This document shows, in pieces, positions 1 through 10,519 of a stretch of DNA of 64,000 nt. Source of the DNA: Nitrospirae bacterium MYbin3. GTDB taxonomy: Bacteria > Nitrospirota > Thermodesulfovibrionia > Thermodesulfovibrionales > Dissulfurispiraceae. Position 1 is the stretch's first letter, and every line of letters begins with the position of its first letter. The DNA lies in assembly GCA_002753335.1 (NCBI GenBank), contig PEAD01000003.1, positions 62,001 to 126,000 on the forward strand. The letters are read 5' to 3'. A program made the position numbers and the translations under genes. The notes under the pieces were generated by a model. That model did no database searches, had not been told where the DNA came from, and worked only from the letters and a program-made list of their open reading frames with translations.

Positions 1-21
1 CCCATTTCCTGAATGTGAAGT

Positions 22-501
22 TTGTCAACAGGTGAGATAAAAGATCTTTTTAAACCTATTCCCGACGGCTTGATACTTGTCATCACCGTCGGGAATTCTT
101 TTCGTTCTGACGATGGTGTCGGTCCTTATATTTCGGCTAACGCTGTTGCTCTTCTTCCAGGAATAGCTGTTCTTAATGCCGGAGACAAACCCGAAAACAT
201 AATAGATAAGGCTGTCGAGCTTAAGCCAGCTAGAACTATAATAATTGACGCTGCAGATTTCGGCGGGTCTGCGGGCGAAATCAGGCTTTTGCCTGTCGAG
301 ATGATTCCATCCACTACTTTAAGCACACACACATTTCCCCTGCCTGTGGTCGCAAAAGTGATTGCTGAAGATACCGGCTCAGAAATATTTTTTGTGGGTA
401 TTCAGGCCAAGGGCATGGATTTTGGCGAGGGGCTTTCGGATGAAGTAAAGGCGGCGGCGGAGTTTGTTTTGAAATGTATTTCGGTTTCGCATGAATCATA
501 A
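22..501 (+). CDS. Hydrogenase maturation protease (HycI/HyaD family)
   Basis: GNSFRSDDGVG, IIIDAADFG and STH motifs typical of the family; TTG start uncertain. Confidence 0.88.
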   Translation: MSTGEIKDLFKPIPDGLILVITVGNSFRSDDGVGPYISANAVALLPGIAVLNAGDKPENIIDKAVELKPARTIIIDAADFGGSAGEIRLLPVEMIPSTTLSTHTFPLPVVAKVIAEDTGSEIFFVGIQAKGMDFGEGLSDEVKAAAEFVLKCISVSHES

Positions 502-538
502 TTTTTTATACCAAGATAAAAACATGTTATATTACTAA

Positions 539-1171
539 ATGGAACTGGTACCGATAAAGATCGACAACGGAGAGGAAAAAGCCTGGAATCAGGTCTGCGG
601 ACTTCCGCGCAAGGATGTCTGTCAGAAGACCGGAGCCGATTTTGATACTAAAGAAGGCGCTTACAGGCTCAAAAGTTTTGGCCGCGATTTCCTTGTAAAT
701 CCATGCGAAATGGGCATTAAGGGCACATCAGACAACTGCGGGCTGTTTTTGGGAAAGCTCAAGGATTTTTTCAGGATCGCGACCCTATGGTATATGAACA
801 GTGCTCTGGACATTCCTCAAACCGGAAGGCTTGTGCGTCCTGTTGATGTGAAGGGCGGCCACAGGTTTACGGTCGGCACGCATGTTCTTCCTCTCGATGC
901 TATTGCTGCAAAATTCGCTAAAGACCCTGAAGGCTTCATCAAAAAAGGACAGGAATACGGGGCCGAAGTTCTGACAGGCTATGGCGATGCCTATATAAAA
1001 CTATATCCGTTTCCGCGAGTTCCTGTAACAATGCTTCTTTGGCTTGAGGATGAGGAGTTCCCCGCAAAGGTGGATCTGTTTTTTGATTCAACCTGCGAAC
1101 TGCAGTTGTCACTTTCTGATGTGGTCTGGGCAGTATCAATGATGTGCTGTCTCATAATGCTCGAAGATTAA
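539..1171 (+). CDS. DUF3786-like domain protein
   Basis: C-terminal GDA...PFPRVPVTMLLWLEDEEFPAKVDLFFD resembles DUF3786 of anaerobes. Confidence 0.75.
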   Translation: MELVPIKIDNGEEKAWNQVCGLPRKDVCQKTGADFDTKEGAYRLKSFGRDFLVNPCEMGIKGTSDNCGLFLGKLKDFFRIATLWYMNSALDIPQTGRLVRPVDVKGGHRFTVGTHVLPLDAIAAKFAKDPEGFIKKGQEYGAEVLTGYGDAYIKLYPFPRVPVTMLLWLEDEEFPAKVDLFFDSTCELQLSLSDVVWAVSMMCCLIMLED

Positions 1172-1671
1172 TGCATGACGAACTCCTCGAAATAGTTGAC
1201 TCTGACGGCAATACCATAGCTACAGCCCCGCGTTCAGAGATTCACGGCAATCCTTCGCTGCTCCATAAAGTTGTTCATCTGCTTGTGTTCAACGATGCCG
1301 GAGAATTGCTGCTCCAGAAGCGCTCCATGAAAAAAGATGTTGCCCCCGGAAAATGGGATACCTCGGTCGGCGGCCACATATCGCCCGGAGAGGATTTGAT
1401 AACGGCAGCAAAGCGTGAAACAGAAGAAGAACTCGGCATAATTCCTGATAACCCGAAATTTTTATATTCATACATACATTCAAACTCGCATGAAAGCGAG
1501 CTTGTTTATACTTACTCCGGCACCTACAACGGGCCGTTCGAGTTCAACAGGGATGAGATTGATGAGGTTAAATTCTGGAGCCTTGATGACATAAAAAATG
1601 AGTTCGGCAGCGGCAGGCTCAGTGATAATTTTGAACACGAGATTAACAAGTATTTTGAGGCAACTGCGTAA
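1171..1671 (+). CDS. NUDIX hydrolase (isopentenyl-diphosphate isomerase type 1-like)
   Basis: LLLQKRS...PGKWDTSVGGH and Nudix box AAKRETEEELG; ATG at 1171 overlaps upstream TAA. Confidence 0.85.
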   Translation: MHDELLEIVDSDGNTIATAPRSEIHGNPSLLHKVVHLLVFNDAGELLLQKRSMKKDVAPGKWDTSVGGHISPGEDLITAAKRETEEELGIIPDNPKFLYSYIHSNSHESELVYTYSGTYNGPFEFNRDEIDEVKFWSLDDIKNEFGSGRLSDNFEHEINKYFEATA

Positions 1672-1680
1672 CCTTTTAAC

Positions 1681-2916
1681 CTATTTTCCCCATGTTGCGA
1701 TGAAGTCTTTGTATGTTGTTCCGAATGAGTCTTTAAAGGCCTGATTCAGGTCTGTTCCTTTGCCCATTGCCTGCAAGAAATCCTTAAGCCTGTATAAGCC
1801 GTATCTATCTACCAAATATGAAACAGCCGAATAGCTCTGCCAGTAGGCTATCCAGACTTTGTCTCCTCTAATGCCTGTAAATGTATTTTCAAGATAGGTC
1901 ATCGGGATTATCTGTCCGCTTTTCTTTTCGTATGGCGTCGAGAAATATTCTGCGAGCCCCTCGTTAATCCATAGGGGACAGCGCGATGTAAGCATATGAA
2001 CCAAAGCATGAGTGTATTCATGGAAAAGCACGCGCTTCAACTCCGGATCCTTTCCTTCGATGCCTCTGATAGGCAGCCTGATCTTTCCGTCATAATGGTC
2101 ATAAGCACCTCCTGCCCATCCCGGCGCTCTTGTGGTGTCCATGAAATCTTTAGTGGTGTAAAGAATAACCGTAACAGGCTGTTCAGGATAATAACGCAAC
2201 TCGCTGCCAACATGCCGGTATGCGTCTTCAAGCAGGCTCATCACGGTTCTGTTCACGCTGCCCTGCTCGTAGCCGTCGAAAACCACCTTAAAGTGGTTGG
2301 TGCTTTCGTTGATATAATCTTTCTTCGCCGATTTCTCCCGGTTAAGTCTGCTGAGTAAATGCTGCAGATCATCGTCTTTGCGGATAGAGAGCGCAGCCTC
2401 AGCATTTTTCAGGCTGCTCTTAAAATCGTCATTTTGATAGTACGCAAACGCGAGCATTTTTTTAGAATCAAAGTCATTGGGTTCGACAGCCGCATATTTT
2501 TCGATGTGCTCGATAGATTTGCTGAAATTTCCGCTGATCAGATAACAATAACCAATACCGAACAACGCGCGTTTGTCTTTGTCCTCGATTTCTTTTAACA
2601 GAGATATGGCCGAACTGCAGTCTTTCTGCTCGATTTTTTCAACAGCCTTCTTCAATACAGCAGCTGTTTCACTGCCGCTGTCTGCCGGTGCGGTTAATTG
2701 CGAAGGCGCAGAAGCGGACGGCAGCAGCTCCTGCATTTTTGGCAGTTCTTTTTCGGGCTCGTTTTTTTGTTCGGAGTGACGGGCTTGCTGCGACTGGACG
2801 GTGTTTTCTGCCACAGTTGCGGGTGCAGGCGCAGGTGGCTTTTTTTTGATGTAATAGTGACGGCCGATTAATATTATCAGGCATACAAACAATATGTTTA
2901 TGATTGTTCTGAACAT
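1681..2916 (-). CDS. Membrane-anchored TPR protein with peptidase MA-like zinc metalloprotease domain
   Basis: N-terminal TM segment, TPR-like helices, HEYTH zinc motif and WINEGLAEY. Confidence 0.8.
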   Translation of the reverse strand: MFRTIINILFVCLIILIGRHYYIKKKPPAPAPATVAENTVQSQQARHSEQKNEPEKELPKMQELLPSASAPSQLTAPADSGSETAAVLKKAVEKIEQKDCSSAISLLKEIEDKDKRALFGIGYCYLISGNFSKSIEHIEKYAAVEPNDFDSKKMLAFAYYQNDDFKSSLKNAEAALSIRKDDDLQHLLSRLNREKSAKKDYINESTNHFKVVFDGYEQGSVNRTVMSLLEDAYRHVGSELRYYPEQPVTVILYTTKDFMDTTRAPGWAGGAYDHYDGKIRLPIRGIEGKDPELKRVLFHEYTHALVHMLTSRCPLWINEGLAEYFSTPYEKKSGQIIPMTYLENTFTGIRGDKVWIAYWQSYSAVSYLVDRYGLYRLKDFLQAMGKGTDLNQAFKDSFGTTYKDFIATWGK

Positions 2917-2944
2917 TGCGTTTTCAAGTTACCCAAAAAACATT

Positions 2945-3082
2945 CACCACAGAGGGCACGGAGTAAAATTTAGTGTAAGAATAAATAAAAGACACAGAGA
3001 AAATATCCCAAAATTAAAACAAGAAAATCTCTGTGCAGTCTTTATTGTTTTTATAGTGTTCTTCTCTGTGTTCTCTGTGGTT
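2945..3082. repeat. Nested inverted repeat (REP-like ACCACAGAG...CTCTGTGGT element)
   Basis: caccacagagggcacggag (2945-2963) pairs imperfectly with ctctgtgttctctgtggtt (3064-3082); inner cacagaga / tctctgtg pair. Confidence 0.65.
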
Positions 3083-3140
3083 TGATTGCCGTTTTAGAAT
3101 GATAGCATAATATTTTGTGTTCCATGCTAAAATTTCTGTT

Positions 3141-3932
3141 ATGAAGACGGCGCTTACTATAGCAGGTTTTGACCCCACAGGCGGAGCCGGGCTTCAGGCC
3201 GACTTGAAGGTTTTTCACCGCTTCGGGGTTTACGGCCTTTCTGCTGTTGCGGCGTTGACCGCGCAGAATACTTTGAAAGTGGCATCAACCGCAGGCATTG
3301 ATGCTGGTCTTCTCGAAGAGCAGCTCAAAACTTTAATAAACGACATAAGGCCGGATGCATTAAAGACAGGCATGCTGTTTTCGAGGGATGCGGTATCTGT
3401 TGTGGCCAAAATAGTCAAGGGTTTTGCCCTCCAAAATCTTGTGATAGACCCTGTAGCTGTATCATCAACAGGCAAGAGCCTTGTTGATGATACAGCTCTC
3501 GACATGCTTAAAGAAAGGCTTTTCCCTTTTGCCAAGGTCATAACCCCCAATATTTACGAGGCTTCACTGCTTTCGGGCGTTGCTATTTGCGATGAGGAAT
3601 CTATCGAGTTTGCAGCTAAGGAGCTTAAGAAAACAGGCGTAGATGTTGTGATAATAACCGGCGGCCATTTTGACGGCATCAAGACAAAAAAGAAAAGTTC
3701 AGGCCGCACAATGGAGCTGATTTATGATGGGGTTTCTTTTAGCAGGATAAGGGGCAGAAAAATGCCGGGAGAATATCATGGAACAGGATGCGCTTTCTCG
3801 GCAGCGATTACCGCTTGTTTAGCAAAAGGGATGACTGTGTATGATGCGGTCAAGAAGGCGCGGAGATTTGTAGAAGGTGCGGTTAAGAATGCGGTTAATT
3901 TAGGCAAGGGAATGAGTCTTCTAAAAATGTGA
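3141..3932 (+). CDS. thiD: Hydroxymethylpyrimidine/phosphomethylpyrimidine kinase
   Basis: ALTIAGFDPTGGAGLQADLK, KTGML, ITPN, HGTGC motifs. Confidence 0.93.
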   Translation: MKTALTIAGFDPTGGAGLQADLKVFHRFGVYGLSAVAALTAQNTLKVASTAGIDAGLLEEQLKTLINDIRPDALKTGMLFSRDAVSVVAKIVKGFALQNLVIDPVAVSSTGKSLVDDTALDMLKERLFPFAKVITPNIYEASLLSGVAICDEESIEFAAKELKKTGVDVVIITGGHFDGIKTKKKSSGRTMELIYDGVSFSRIRGRKMPGEYHGTGCAFSAAITACLAKGMTVYDAVKKARRFVEGAVKNAVNLGKGMSLLKM

Positions 3933-3990
3933 TCTGTTTGCTGGTATAATATAAAGCAAGCTGAGGGGCAAGGGAAAAAGGAGGCTATTT

Positions 3991-5634
3991 ATGAATTTTA
4001 AAGACATGAGGATTAGCGCAAAATTAGGTCTGGGCTTTGGATTTTTGCTGGCAATTGTGTTGGTTATGGGGATTGTCGGCTGGTACGGCATAAAGATGCT
4101 TTCTGAAACCACCGAGAAGATACTTAATATTGACGCTAATGTGGCCGAAAATGCTGCCCGTGCCCGCGCAAATGTCGTGGGCATGAGAAGATACGAGAAA
4201 GACCTCTATATGGAAATGGGCATCAAGGCAGAAGAGGAAAAATATATTGAGCGGTGGAAGGCCGAAAACGAAAGCTTTAATAAAAGAGTGGCAGACCTCG
4301 AAAAGTATGTGGAAGACCCCGATCAAAAACAGAGGGTGAAGGAGATAAAAGCCGAGGTTGCTATATACGAGTCCGGCTTCAAGAAGATTTTGGATATGAT
4401 TTTGTCAAAGCAGATAACTGCGACACATAAGGCGCAGGACGAGATGGAAAAATATAAAGGCGCTGTGCACAAGGTTGAGAAGCTTTCAAAAGAGTTGGCG
4501 GACGAGGCCAACAAGCGTATGGATGCAGCGCTGCCTACGGTGCATTCGGTGAGAAAGAAGACCTCTGTAACTCTGCTCGTGCTTGTAATATTATCAATGG
4601 CTGTCGGTGTGGGATTCAGTGTTGTTATCGTAAAGGGGATAATGAAGCAGTTAGGTGCAGACCCATCCGAGGTTGTGGGTATAGCTGTCAGGGTGGCAAA
4701 AGGCGATCTCTCTATGAGCATCGAAACAAAATCCGGAGACACAACGAGCCTTTTGTCTTCGATGAAAGATATGGTTTCCAAATTGCGCAATATGATAGAT
4801 ACCATCAAAACCTCGGCAAGCAGCATGGCTTCGGCGAGCGAAGAATTAAGCGCAAGCTCTGAGCAGATGTCTCGCGGCGTATCGGAGCAGTCCGGCAGGG
4901 CCTCACAAATAGCCACCTCCTCTGCAGAGATGTCTCAGACCGTAGTGGATATAGCCAAGAACGCTTCTAATATAGCCTCTTCTGCCTCCAATACTACGGT
5001 CGTAGCTAAACAGGGCGAAGGCATAGTCGGAAAATCTGTAAATGAGGTTAAGGCGATAGCAGTAACGGTTGGCGAGTCTTCAAAGCTTATAACGTCGTCC
5101 TCGGAAAGGTCTAAGCAGATAGGCGATATAATAAGCGTTATTAAGGATATAGCGGACCAGACGAATCTTCTTGCGTTGAACGCCGCAATAGAGGCGGCCC
5201 GCGCAGGTGAGCAGGGCAGGGGGTTTGCGGTCGTGGCTGACGAGGTGCGCAAACTTGCCGAACGGACCGCAAAGGCCACATCCGAGATCAGCGATATGAT
5301 AGGCGCAATACAGCGTGAGGTGGGAGAGGCTGTCAAATCGATGGGCGATGCTACCGAAAAAGTGAATCTGGGGGTTGACGATGTTATAAAAGCGGGCGAT
5401 TCTCTCGGCGAGATTGTTGATAGCGTAAACAGTCTGCAGTCTATGGTCCAGCAGATAGCCTCGGCGACCGAGCAGATGTCAACTGTTTCGGAGACCATAA
5501 GCGGAGATATCGATACCATAGCCAATGTTTCGAGAGAAGCATCTTCCAGTTCGACACAGATAGCACAGTCGGCATTGGATCTTGCTAAGCTGTCTTCAGA
5601 GTTGCAGAAGGTTGTTGGACAGTTTAAGATATAA
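3991..5634 (+). CDS. Methyl-accepting chemotaxis protein (two TM segments, periplasmic four-helix sensor)
   Basis: [40 protein letters not shown] signalling hairpin. Confidence 0.95.
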   Translation: MNFKDMRISAKLGLGFGFLLAIVLVMGIVGWYGIKMLSETTEKILNIDANVAENAARARANVVGMRRYEKDLYMEMGIKAEEEKYIERWKAENESFNKRVADLEKYVEDPDQKQRVKEIKAEVAIYESGFKKILDMILSKQITATHKAQDEMEKYKGAVHKVEKLSKELADEANKRMDAALPTVHSVRKKTSVTLLVLVILSMAVGVGFSVVIVKGIMKQLGADPSEVVGIAVRVAKGDLSMSIETKSGDTTSLLSSMKDMVSKLRNMIDTIKTSASSMASASEELSASSEQMSRGVSEQSGRASQIATSSAEMSQTVVDIAKNASNIASSASNTTVVAKQGEGIVGKSVNEVKAIAVTVGESSKLITSSSERSKQIGDIISVIKDIADQTNLLALNAAIEAARAGEQGRGFAVVADEVRKLAERTAKATSEISDMIGAIQREVGEAVKSMGDATEKVNLGVDDVIKAGDSLGEIVDSVNSLQSMVQQIASATEQMSTVSETISGDIDTIANVSREASSSSTQIAQSALDLAKLSSELQKVVGQFKI

Positions 5635-5652
5635 AAAATTGGGAGGACGAAC

Positions 5653-6174
5653 ATGGATGCATTGATTCCTTCGGGAGGACAGTTTAGCGGTAAGGCGGCT
5701 ACGGATGGGGGACTTTTACAGCTTGTTACATTTAATCTGGATGACGAAGAGTACGCCATAGACATACTCAAGGTGCAGGAGATAAACAGGATGACCGCGA
5801 TAACCAAGATACCGAACGCTCCGTATCATGTGGAGGGCGTGGTCAATCTGCGGGGAAGGGTCATACCGGTGGTGAACCTCAGAAAGAAATTAGCAATGGC
5901 AGAAAGGGAGCACAACGAGCAGTCCAGAATAATGATAATGGATATTCAGGGCTCTATAATGGGGTTGATAGTTGATGCTGTATCAGAAGTCTTGAGGATA
6001 CCGGCAAATATCGTGGAGCCTCCTCCTCCGCTTTCTATGGGCATAAGCACAGAGTATATAAAAGGCATTGCCAAGCTTGAAGACAGGCTTATAATACTGG
6101 TTGACCTCGGAAAGCTTTTCGGCATAGGAGATATTGCGCTAATTGGAGAGGCTGCCACACAGACAGCCGCTTAA
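5653..6174 (+). CDS. cheW: Chemotaxis coupling protein CheW
   Basis: QLVTF...VQEI...GVVNLRGRVIPVVNLR...GLIVDAVSEV. Confidence 0.95.
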   Translation: MDALIPSGGQFSGKAATDGGLLQLVTFNLDDEEYAIDILKVQEINRMTAITKIPNAPYHVEGVVNLRGRVIPVVNLRKKLAMAEREHNEQSRIMIMDIQGSIMGLIVDAVSEVLRIPANIVEPPPPLSMGISTEYIKGIAKLEDRLIILVDLGKLFGIGDIALIGEAATQTAA

Positions 6175-6189
6175 AAGCTCGCCTTTAAA

Positions 6190-7551
6190 ATGTCTAAAGA
6201 CAAGACTGTGTTTCAGTGCCAGGGCTGCGGCTACAGCAGCCCTAAATGGATCGGTAAATGTCCGGACTGCGGCGCATGGAACAGTTTTGCTGAAGAAAAA
6301 CTATCCCCAAAATCTTTAAAATCGGGCAACTGGCAGAGCACATCATCAGAAGCCCAGCCTTTGAGCGCTGTTGCGGGCGGCAGGGAAAAACGAATCCCCA
6401 TAGGCATAGCCGAGCTTGATAGAGTCTTAGGCGGAGGGCTTGTGGCGGGCGCGGTCATACTTATCGGCGGAGACCCGGGCATAGGCAAATCAACCTTGAT
6501 ACTTCAGGCTGTAGGGCGCATTGCGGGCAAGATAGGCAGCGTGCTTTATGTGTCTGGCGAGGAGTCGCCGGAGCAGATAAAACTCAGGGCCGAACGGCTC
6601 GGCATAAATTCTGATGCAATAATCCTTCTGCCCGAAACTCTGGTCGAGAACATAACGGTTGCGGCCCAGGGCATGAAGTCTGCCGCGATGGTGATAGACT
6701 CAATTCAAACTATTTACACCGAAGAGCTGACCTCAGCCCCCGGCTCTGTCGGACAGATTCGCGAGTCTGCTGCGCGGCTTATGATGTTTGCAAAAAAGAA
6801 TCATGTTCCGATTTTTCTTATAGGGCATGTTACGAAAGATGGCGCCATTGCTGGGCCTAGGGTGCTTGAGCATATGGTTGACACGGTGCTCTATTTTGAA
6901 GGAGACAGGGGGCATCCATATCGCATACTCAGAACAATTAAGAACAGGTTCGGCTCTACGAACGAGATAGGCGTATTCGAAATGGGCGATGATGGCCTGC
7001 GCGAGATAAACAATCCTTCGGAACTCTTTCTTTCTGAACGGCCGCTAAATGTATCAGGCTCTACGGTCATTGCGAGCATGGAAGGCACGCGCCCTCTGCT
7101 TGTAGAGATTCAGGCGCTGGTGTCGCCTACCACTTTCGGGATGCCGCGAAGGACTAGCATGGGTATAGACTTCAATAGAGTGAACCTTTTGATTGCTGTT
7201 CTCGAAAAGAAAGCGGGCATACATCTGGGCGCTATGGATGTTTTTATCAATATAGTCGGCGGCTTCAAGGTTATAGAGCCTGCTGCTGACTTGGGAATTA
7301 TTTCTGCAATAATGTCGTCGTTCAGGGAAGTTCCGATAGACTCAAAGACCTTTCTTTTTGGAGAGGCAGGGCTTTCGGGAGAGGTGCGGGCTGTGGCTCA
7401 GGCAGAACATAGGCTGCGCGAGGCTGCCAAGCTGGGGTTTACACATGCGGTTATTCCCAAAGGCAATGCAGACAGGCTTAAGAATGATTTCGGGCTTCAG
7501 ATATCCGGAATAAAAAATGTCGAGGAACTTATTGACCGCCTTAGGGCTTAA
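6190..7551 (+). CDS. radA: DNA repair protein RadA/Sms
   Basis: C4 zinc finger, Walker A GDPGIGKST, KNRFG motif, Lon-like C-terminus. Confidence 0.97.
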   Translation: MSKDKTVFQCQGCGYSSPKWIGKCPDCGAWNSFAEEKLSPKSLKSGNWQSTSSEAQPLSAVAGGREKRIPIGIAELDRVLGGGLVAGAVILIGGDPGIGKSTLILQAVGRIAGKIGSVLYVSGEESPEQIKLRAERLGINSDAIILLPETLVENITVAAQGMKSAAMVIDSIQTIYTEELTSAPGSVGQIRESAARLMMFAKKNHVPIFLIGHVTKDGAIAGPRVLEHMVDTVLYFEGDRGHPYRILRTIKNRFGSTNEIGVFEMGDDGLREINNPSELFLSERPLNVSGSTVIASMEGTRPLLVEIQALVSPTTFGMPRRTSMGIDFNRVNLLIAVLEKKAGIHLGAMDVFINIVGGFKVIEPAADLGIISAIMSSFREVPIDSKTFLFGEAGLSGEVRAVAQAEHRLREAAKLGFTHAVIPKGNADRLKNDFGLQISGIKNVEELIDRLRA

Positions 7552-8164
7552 GCGCCCTGTTTTTTTATTTTTAGTTTTATTCATTGCTGTTTCGTGCGCC
7601 CCTAAACAGGCTGCAAGGCCTGTGCGCGAAGGCGTTGCACTGGAAGAACTTATCTCATCTCTCAAGAATATTCAGGCATTAGAGACGGTTATGACGCTTG
7701 AATACGAAAAGGGCGAAAGCATTATGAGCGGTGAGGCTTTTATGAATTTGTCCGCCAAGGAACTTAATTTGCGGGTTTATTATCTTGGATTTCTGGCCGG
7801 CGAAGTGAAAGAAAAAGAAGGCGTAATCGAGACGAACCCTAAGCTTGACAGGAATAAAAAAATATTGCTGACCGATGGTTTGAGGAGCAGCTTTTTCTGG
7901 TGGAATATTGCCGAATATACTCTGGAAAATGAAGATGACAGATATATTTTAAGAAATGATTTCAGAAAAGTAGTGATAGACAAAAAAATGCTTCTGCCTC
8001 TGATTCAGGTGATAGAAATGCCAGACGGAGAGAAGCTTACGGTATATTATGATTCTCCGGTTGTGCAGCCCGAACCTGCTTTATGGTATCAGTCTTCATT
8101 GAGGATTGAATACAGGCAGAGCATTGTTAAGGCCAAGATAAAATCTTTTTTGCCTCTCAGGTGA
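7517..8164 (+). CDS. Hypothetical lipoprotein (possibly LolA/LolB-like fold)
   Basis: Signal peptide with lipobox IAVSC; fold assignment tentative. Confidence 0.55.
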   Translation: MSRNLLTALGLKRPVFLFLVLFIAVSCAPKQAARPVREGVALEELISSLKNIQALETVMTLEYEKGESIMSGEAFMNLSAKELNLRVYYLGFLAGEVKEKEGVIETNPKLDRNKKILLTDGLRSSFFWWNIAEYTLENEDDRYILRNDFRKVVIDKKMLLPLIQVIEMPDGEKLTVYYDSPVVQPEPALWYQSSLRIEYRQSIVKAKIKSFLPLR

Positions 8165-8238
8165 GATGCGAATTTTTCTGCCTGTTTTCCTTTACAAAGC
8201 TTAAATTAAGTTGGTATTATACCAATTGAAAATCTGGT

Positions 8239-8259
8239 TGTTTTGAAATTTTCAAAACA
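8239..8259. promoter_or_regulatory. Perfect palindrome, candidate transcription-factor site
   Basis: TGTTTTGAAA-T-TTTCAAAACA, downstream of a TTTACA/TATTAT sigma70-like promoter and upstream of the 8313 gene. Confidence 0.45.
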
Positions 8260-8312
8260 CGGTATTTCAAGTATGAAAATAAGAAACACTTTATGTTAAG
8301 GAGGCTTTAAGT

Positions 8313-8888
8313 ATGCTGAAGAAAGTTTTGGTTGCAGGAATGATAGTTGCGATGGTCGCTGCCGTGGGCTGCAAGAAGAAAGAGGAAGCGCCTGCTCCGC
8401 AGCAGGGAGCACAACAGCAGTTGCCTGGCGGACACCCGCCAATGCCGGGAGCTCCGGGAGGCCAGCAGATGCAGGGCGGTCAGCCGGGAATGGCTCAGCC
8501 GGGCGGTGCACCAATGCCTAAGGCTGGAACACTAAAGGTTGTTGTTCCTGATTCGGTAAAGGGCAAATGGAGTGCGGTAAAGCTTATAGTTGAAGACAAG
8601 GCTTCGAAAAAGCGGCAGGAATATTCTGTGAATCTCAACAGCGATTTCAAGGTTCCGAATACAAACCTGAACATATCGGTTGGTGATTTTATGCCTGATT
8701 TCAGAATGGCAGACACGATCACCTCTGCTTCAAATCAGCTCAACAACCCTGCGGTTTATGTAAAAGTCACCGAAAACAACGCAGAGATATTCAAGGGATG
8801 GCTCTATTCCAAGTTCCCGACTATTCATCCGTTTGAGCACCCAAAGTTTGGAATTTCTCTTAAAGAGGCTGTTGCTAAAAAAGGATAG
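8313..8888 (+). CDS. DUF2155-like lipoprotein with Q/P/G/M-rich linker
   Basis: Lipobox AVGC, LPGGHPP motif, C-terminal FKGWLYSKFPTIHPFEHP; RBS AAGGAGG. Confidence 0.7.
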   Translation: MLKKVLVAGMIVAMVAAVGCKKKEEAPAPQQGAQQQLPGGHPPMPGAPGGQQMQGGQPGMAQPGGAPMPKAGTLKVVVPDSVKGKWSAVKLIVEDKASKKRQEYSVNLNSDFKVPNTNLNISVGDFMPDFRMADTITSASNQLNNPAVYVKVTENNAEIFKGWLYSKFPTIHPFEHPKFGISLKEAVAKKG

Positions 8889-8896
8889 TTCAACCG

Positions 8897-8930
8897 GAAG
8901 TGCAGAGGCGGTGGCCTCTGCACTTCTTTT
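8897..8930 (+). terminator. Rho-independent terminator-like hairpin
   Basis: 13-bp stem GAAGTGCAGAGGC/GCCTCTGCACTTC followed by a T-run. Confidence 0.75.
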
Positions 8931-8959
8931 GTTTAAAAAACGGGTAGGCACAGAGGCCG

Positions 8960-10519
8960 ATGACTACTAAAGAAATACCCTACCTTACGATCGAAGATTT
9001 TCCGAAAGTCCCGTTTGTTCTCGATGGGATTTCATCCCGCTTCATCCGCGAAAACAGAATAATTCCTCTTGAACTAAAAGAAAATGTGCTTCATGTTGCT
9101 ATGGCTGATCCTGATGACAGCAGCGTAATAGATGCCATGCTGGTTGCGACCGGAGCAGAGATGCGAGTATCCTCTGCCGACCCCAAAATAATCGACGATT
9201 ATATCTCTAAATTCTACGGGCATGAATCTCAGGATATAGGCCGCATTATCGAAGACATGGGAGAGCGAGGCGTTGAGCTTTTGAGAGATGAGGAGGAGGA
9301 TGTGGGACACCTCAAAGACCTCGCCTCTGAAGCCCCGATAATCAAGCTCGTAAACCTGCTCATAACCCGTGCTGTCGATGGCAGGGCGAGTGACATCCAT
9401 ATAGAGCCTTTTGAGGATGAGATGAAGGTCAGGTACCGTGTGGACGGCCTGCTGCATGACATAGAGACTGTGCCGAAGAAACTGCAGCCGGCGATTGTTT
9501 CACGCATAAAGATAATGTCGCGGCTTAATATTGCCGAGCGCAGGCTTCCTCAGGACGGAAGGCTCAAGCTCAAGGTTGGGGAAAAGGAGGTTGACCTCAG
9601 GGTTTCGACAATACCTGTTCTGCACGGCGAAAGCGTTGTGATGAGAATACTTCACAAGGAAAGCATCGTAATTGATCTGAACCGCTCCGGTTTCAATCCG
9701 GTTACGCTTGATGCCTTTGAGCAGGTGATAAAAAAGCCGAACGGAATAGTTCTTGTCACCGGCCCCACAGGCAGCGGAAAGACCACAACACTGTACGGTG
9801 CGATAGACAAAATAAATTCTCCTGACAAAAAAATTATTACGGTCGAAGACCCTGTGGAGTATCAGCTTAAAGGCGTCAACCAGATACATGTCAAGCCGCA
9901 GATAGGTCTGAATTTTGCAAACACTCTGCGCCACATAGTCAGGCAGGACCCTGACATAATAATGATCGGTGAGATAAGAGACCTTGAAACTGCCGAAATA
10001 GCGATACAATCCGCGCTGACCGGGCACCTTGTATTTTCTACGCTGCACACAAACGATGCAGCAAGCGCTATTACAAGGCTCATAGATATGGGGGTGGAAA
10101 GCTTTCTGCTTTCATCCACAATAAGGGGCATATTAGCGCAGAGGCTGGTGCGCGTAATTTGTTCCGACTGCAAAGAGTCTTATTCTTCGGCAGCTGACAA
10201 GGAAGGATTGCGGCTGCTAGAAAGCTTCCGCGACGACCGCTACATGATTTATTCTATAGACAGTGAAACCAAGCTCTACCGTGGCAAAGGCTGTGAGCGC
10301 TGCAACTACAGCGGGTATTTCGGCAGGACCGGCATATTTGAACTGCTTACTGTGGAGGATGACGTCCGCAGGCTTATAATCAAGAACACAGATTCAGCTC
10401 AGATTAAAGAGGCTGCTCAAAAGAAAGGCATGAAGCTGCTGCTCGACGACGGAATCGAAAAAGTTAAGGCCGGCATAACTACTCTGAACGAGGTGTTCAG
10501 GGTGACACAGGAATCATAA
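8960..10519 (+). CDS. gspE: Type II secretion ATPase GspE
   Basis: ASDIHIEP, Walker A GPTGSGKTTT, RQDPDIIMIGEIRD, tetracysteine motif. Confidence 0.93.
   Translation: MTTKEIPYLTIEDFPKVPFVLDGISSRFIRENRIIPLELKENVLHVAMADPDDSSVIDAMLVATGAEMRVSSADPKIIDDYISKFYGHESQDIGRIIEDMGERGVELLRDEEEDVGHLKDLASEAPIIKLVNLLITRAVDGRASDIHIEPFEDEMKVRYRVDGLLHDIETVPKKLQPAIVSRIKIMSRLNIAERRLPQDGRLKLKVGEKEVDLRVSTIPVLHGESVVMRILHKESIVIDLNRSGFNPVTLDAFEQVIKKPNGIVLVTGPTGSGKTTTLYGAIDKINSPDKKIITVEDPVEYQLKGVNQIHVKPQIGLNFANTLRHIVRQDPDIIMIGEIRDLETAEIAIQSALTGHLVFSTLHTNDAASAITRLIDMGVESFLLSSTIRGILAQRLVRVICSDCKESYSSAADKEGLRLLESFRDDRYMIYSIDSETKLYRGKGCERCNYSGYFGRTGIFELLTVEDDVRRLIIKNTDSAQIKEAAQKKGMKLLLDDGIEKVKAGITTLNEVFRVTQES

Noticed and set aside
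4323..5807. Long minus-strand ORFs (197 and 290 aa)
   Set aside because: Antisense shadows of the clearly identified MCP/cheW genes; no motifs.
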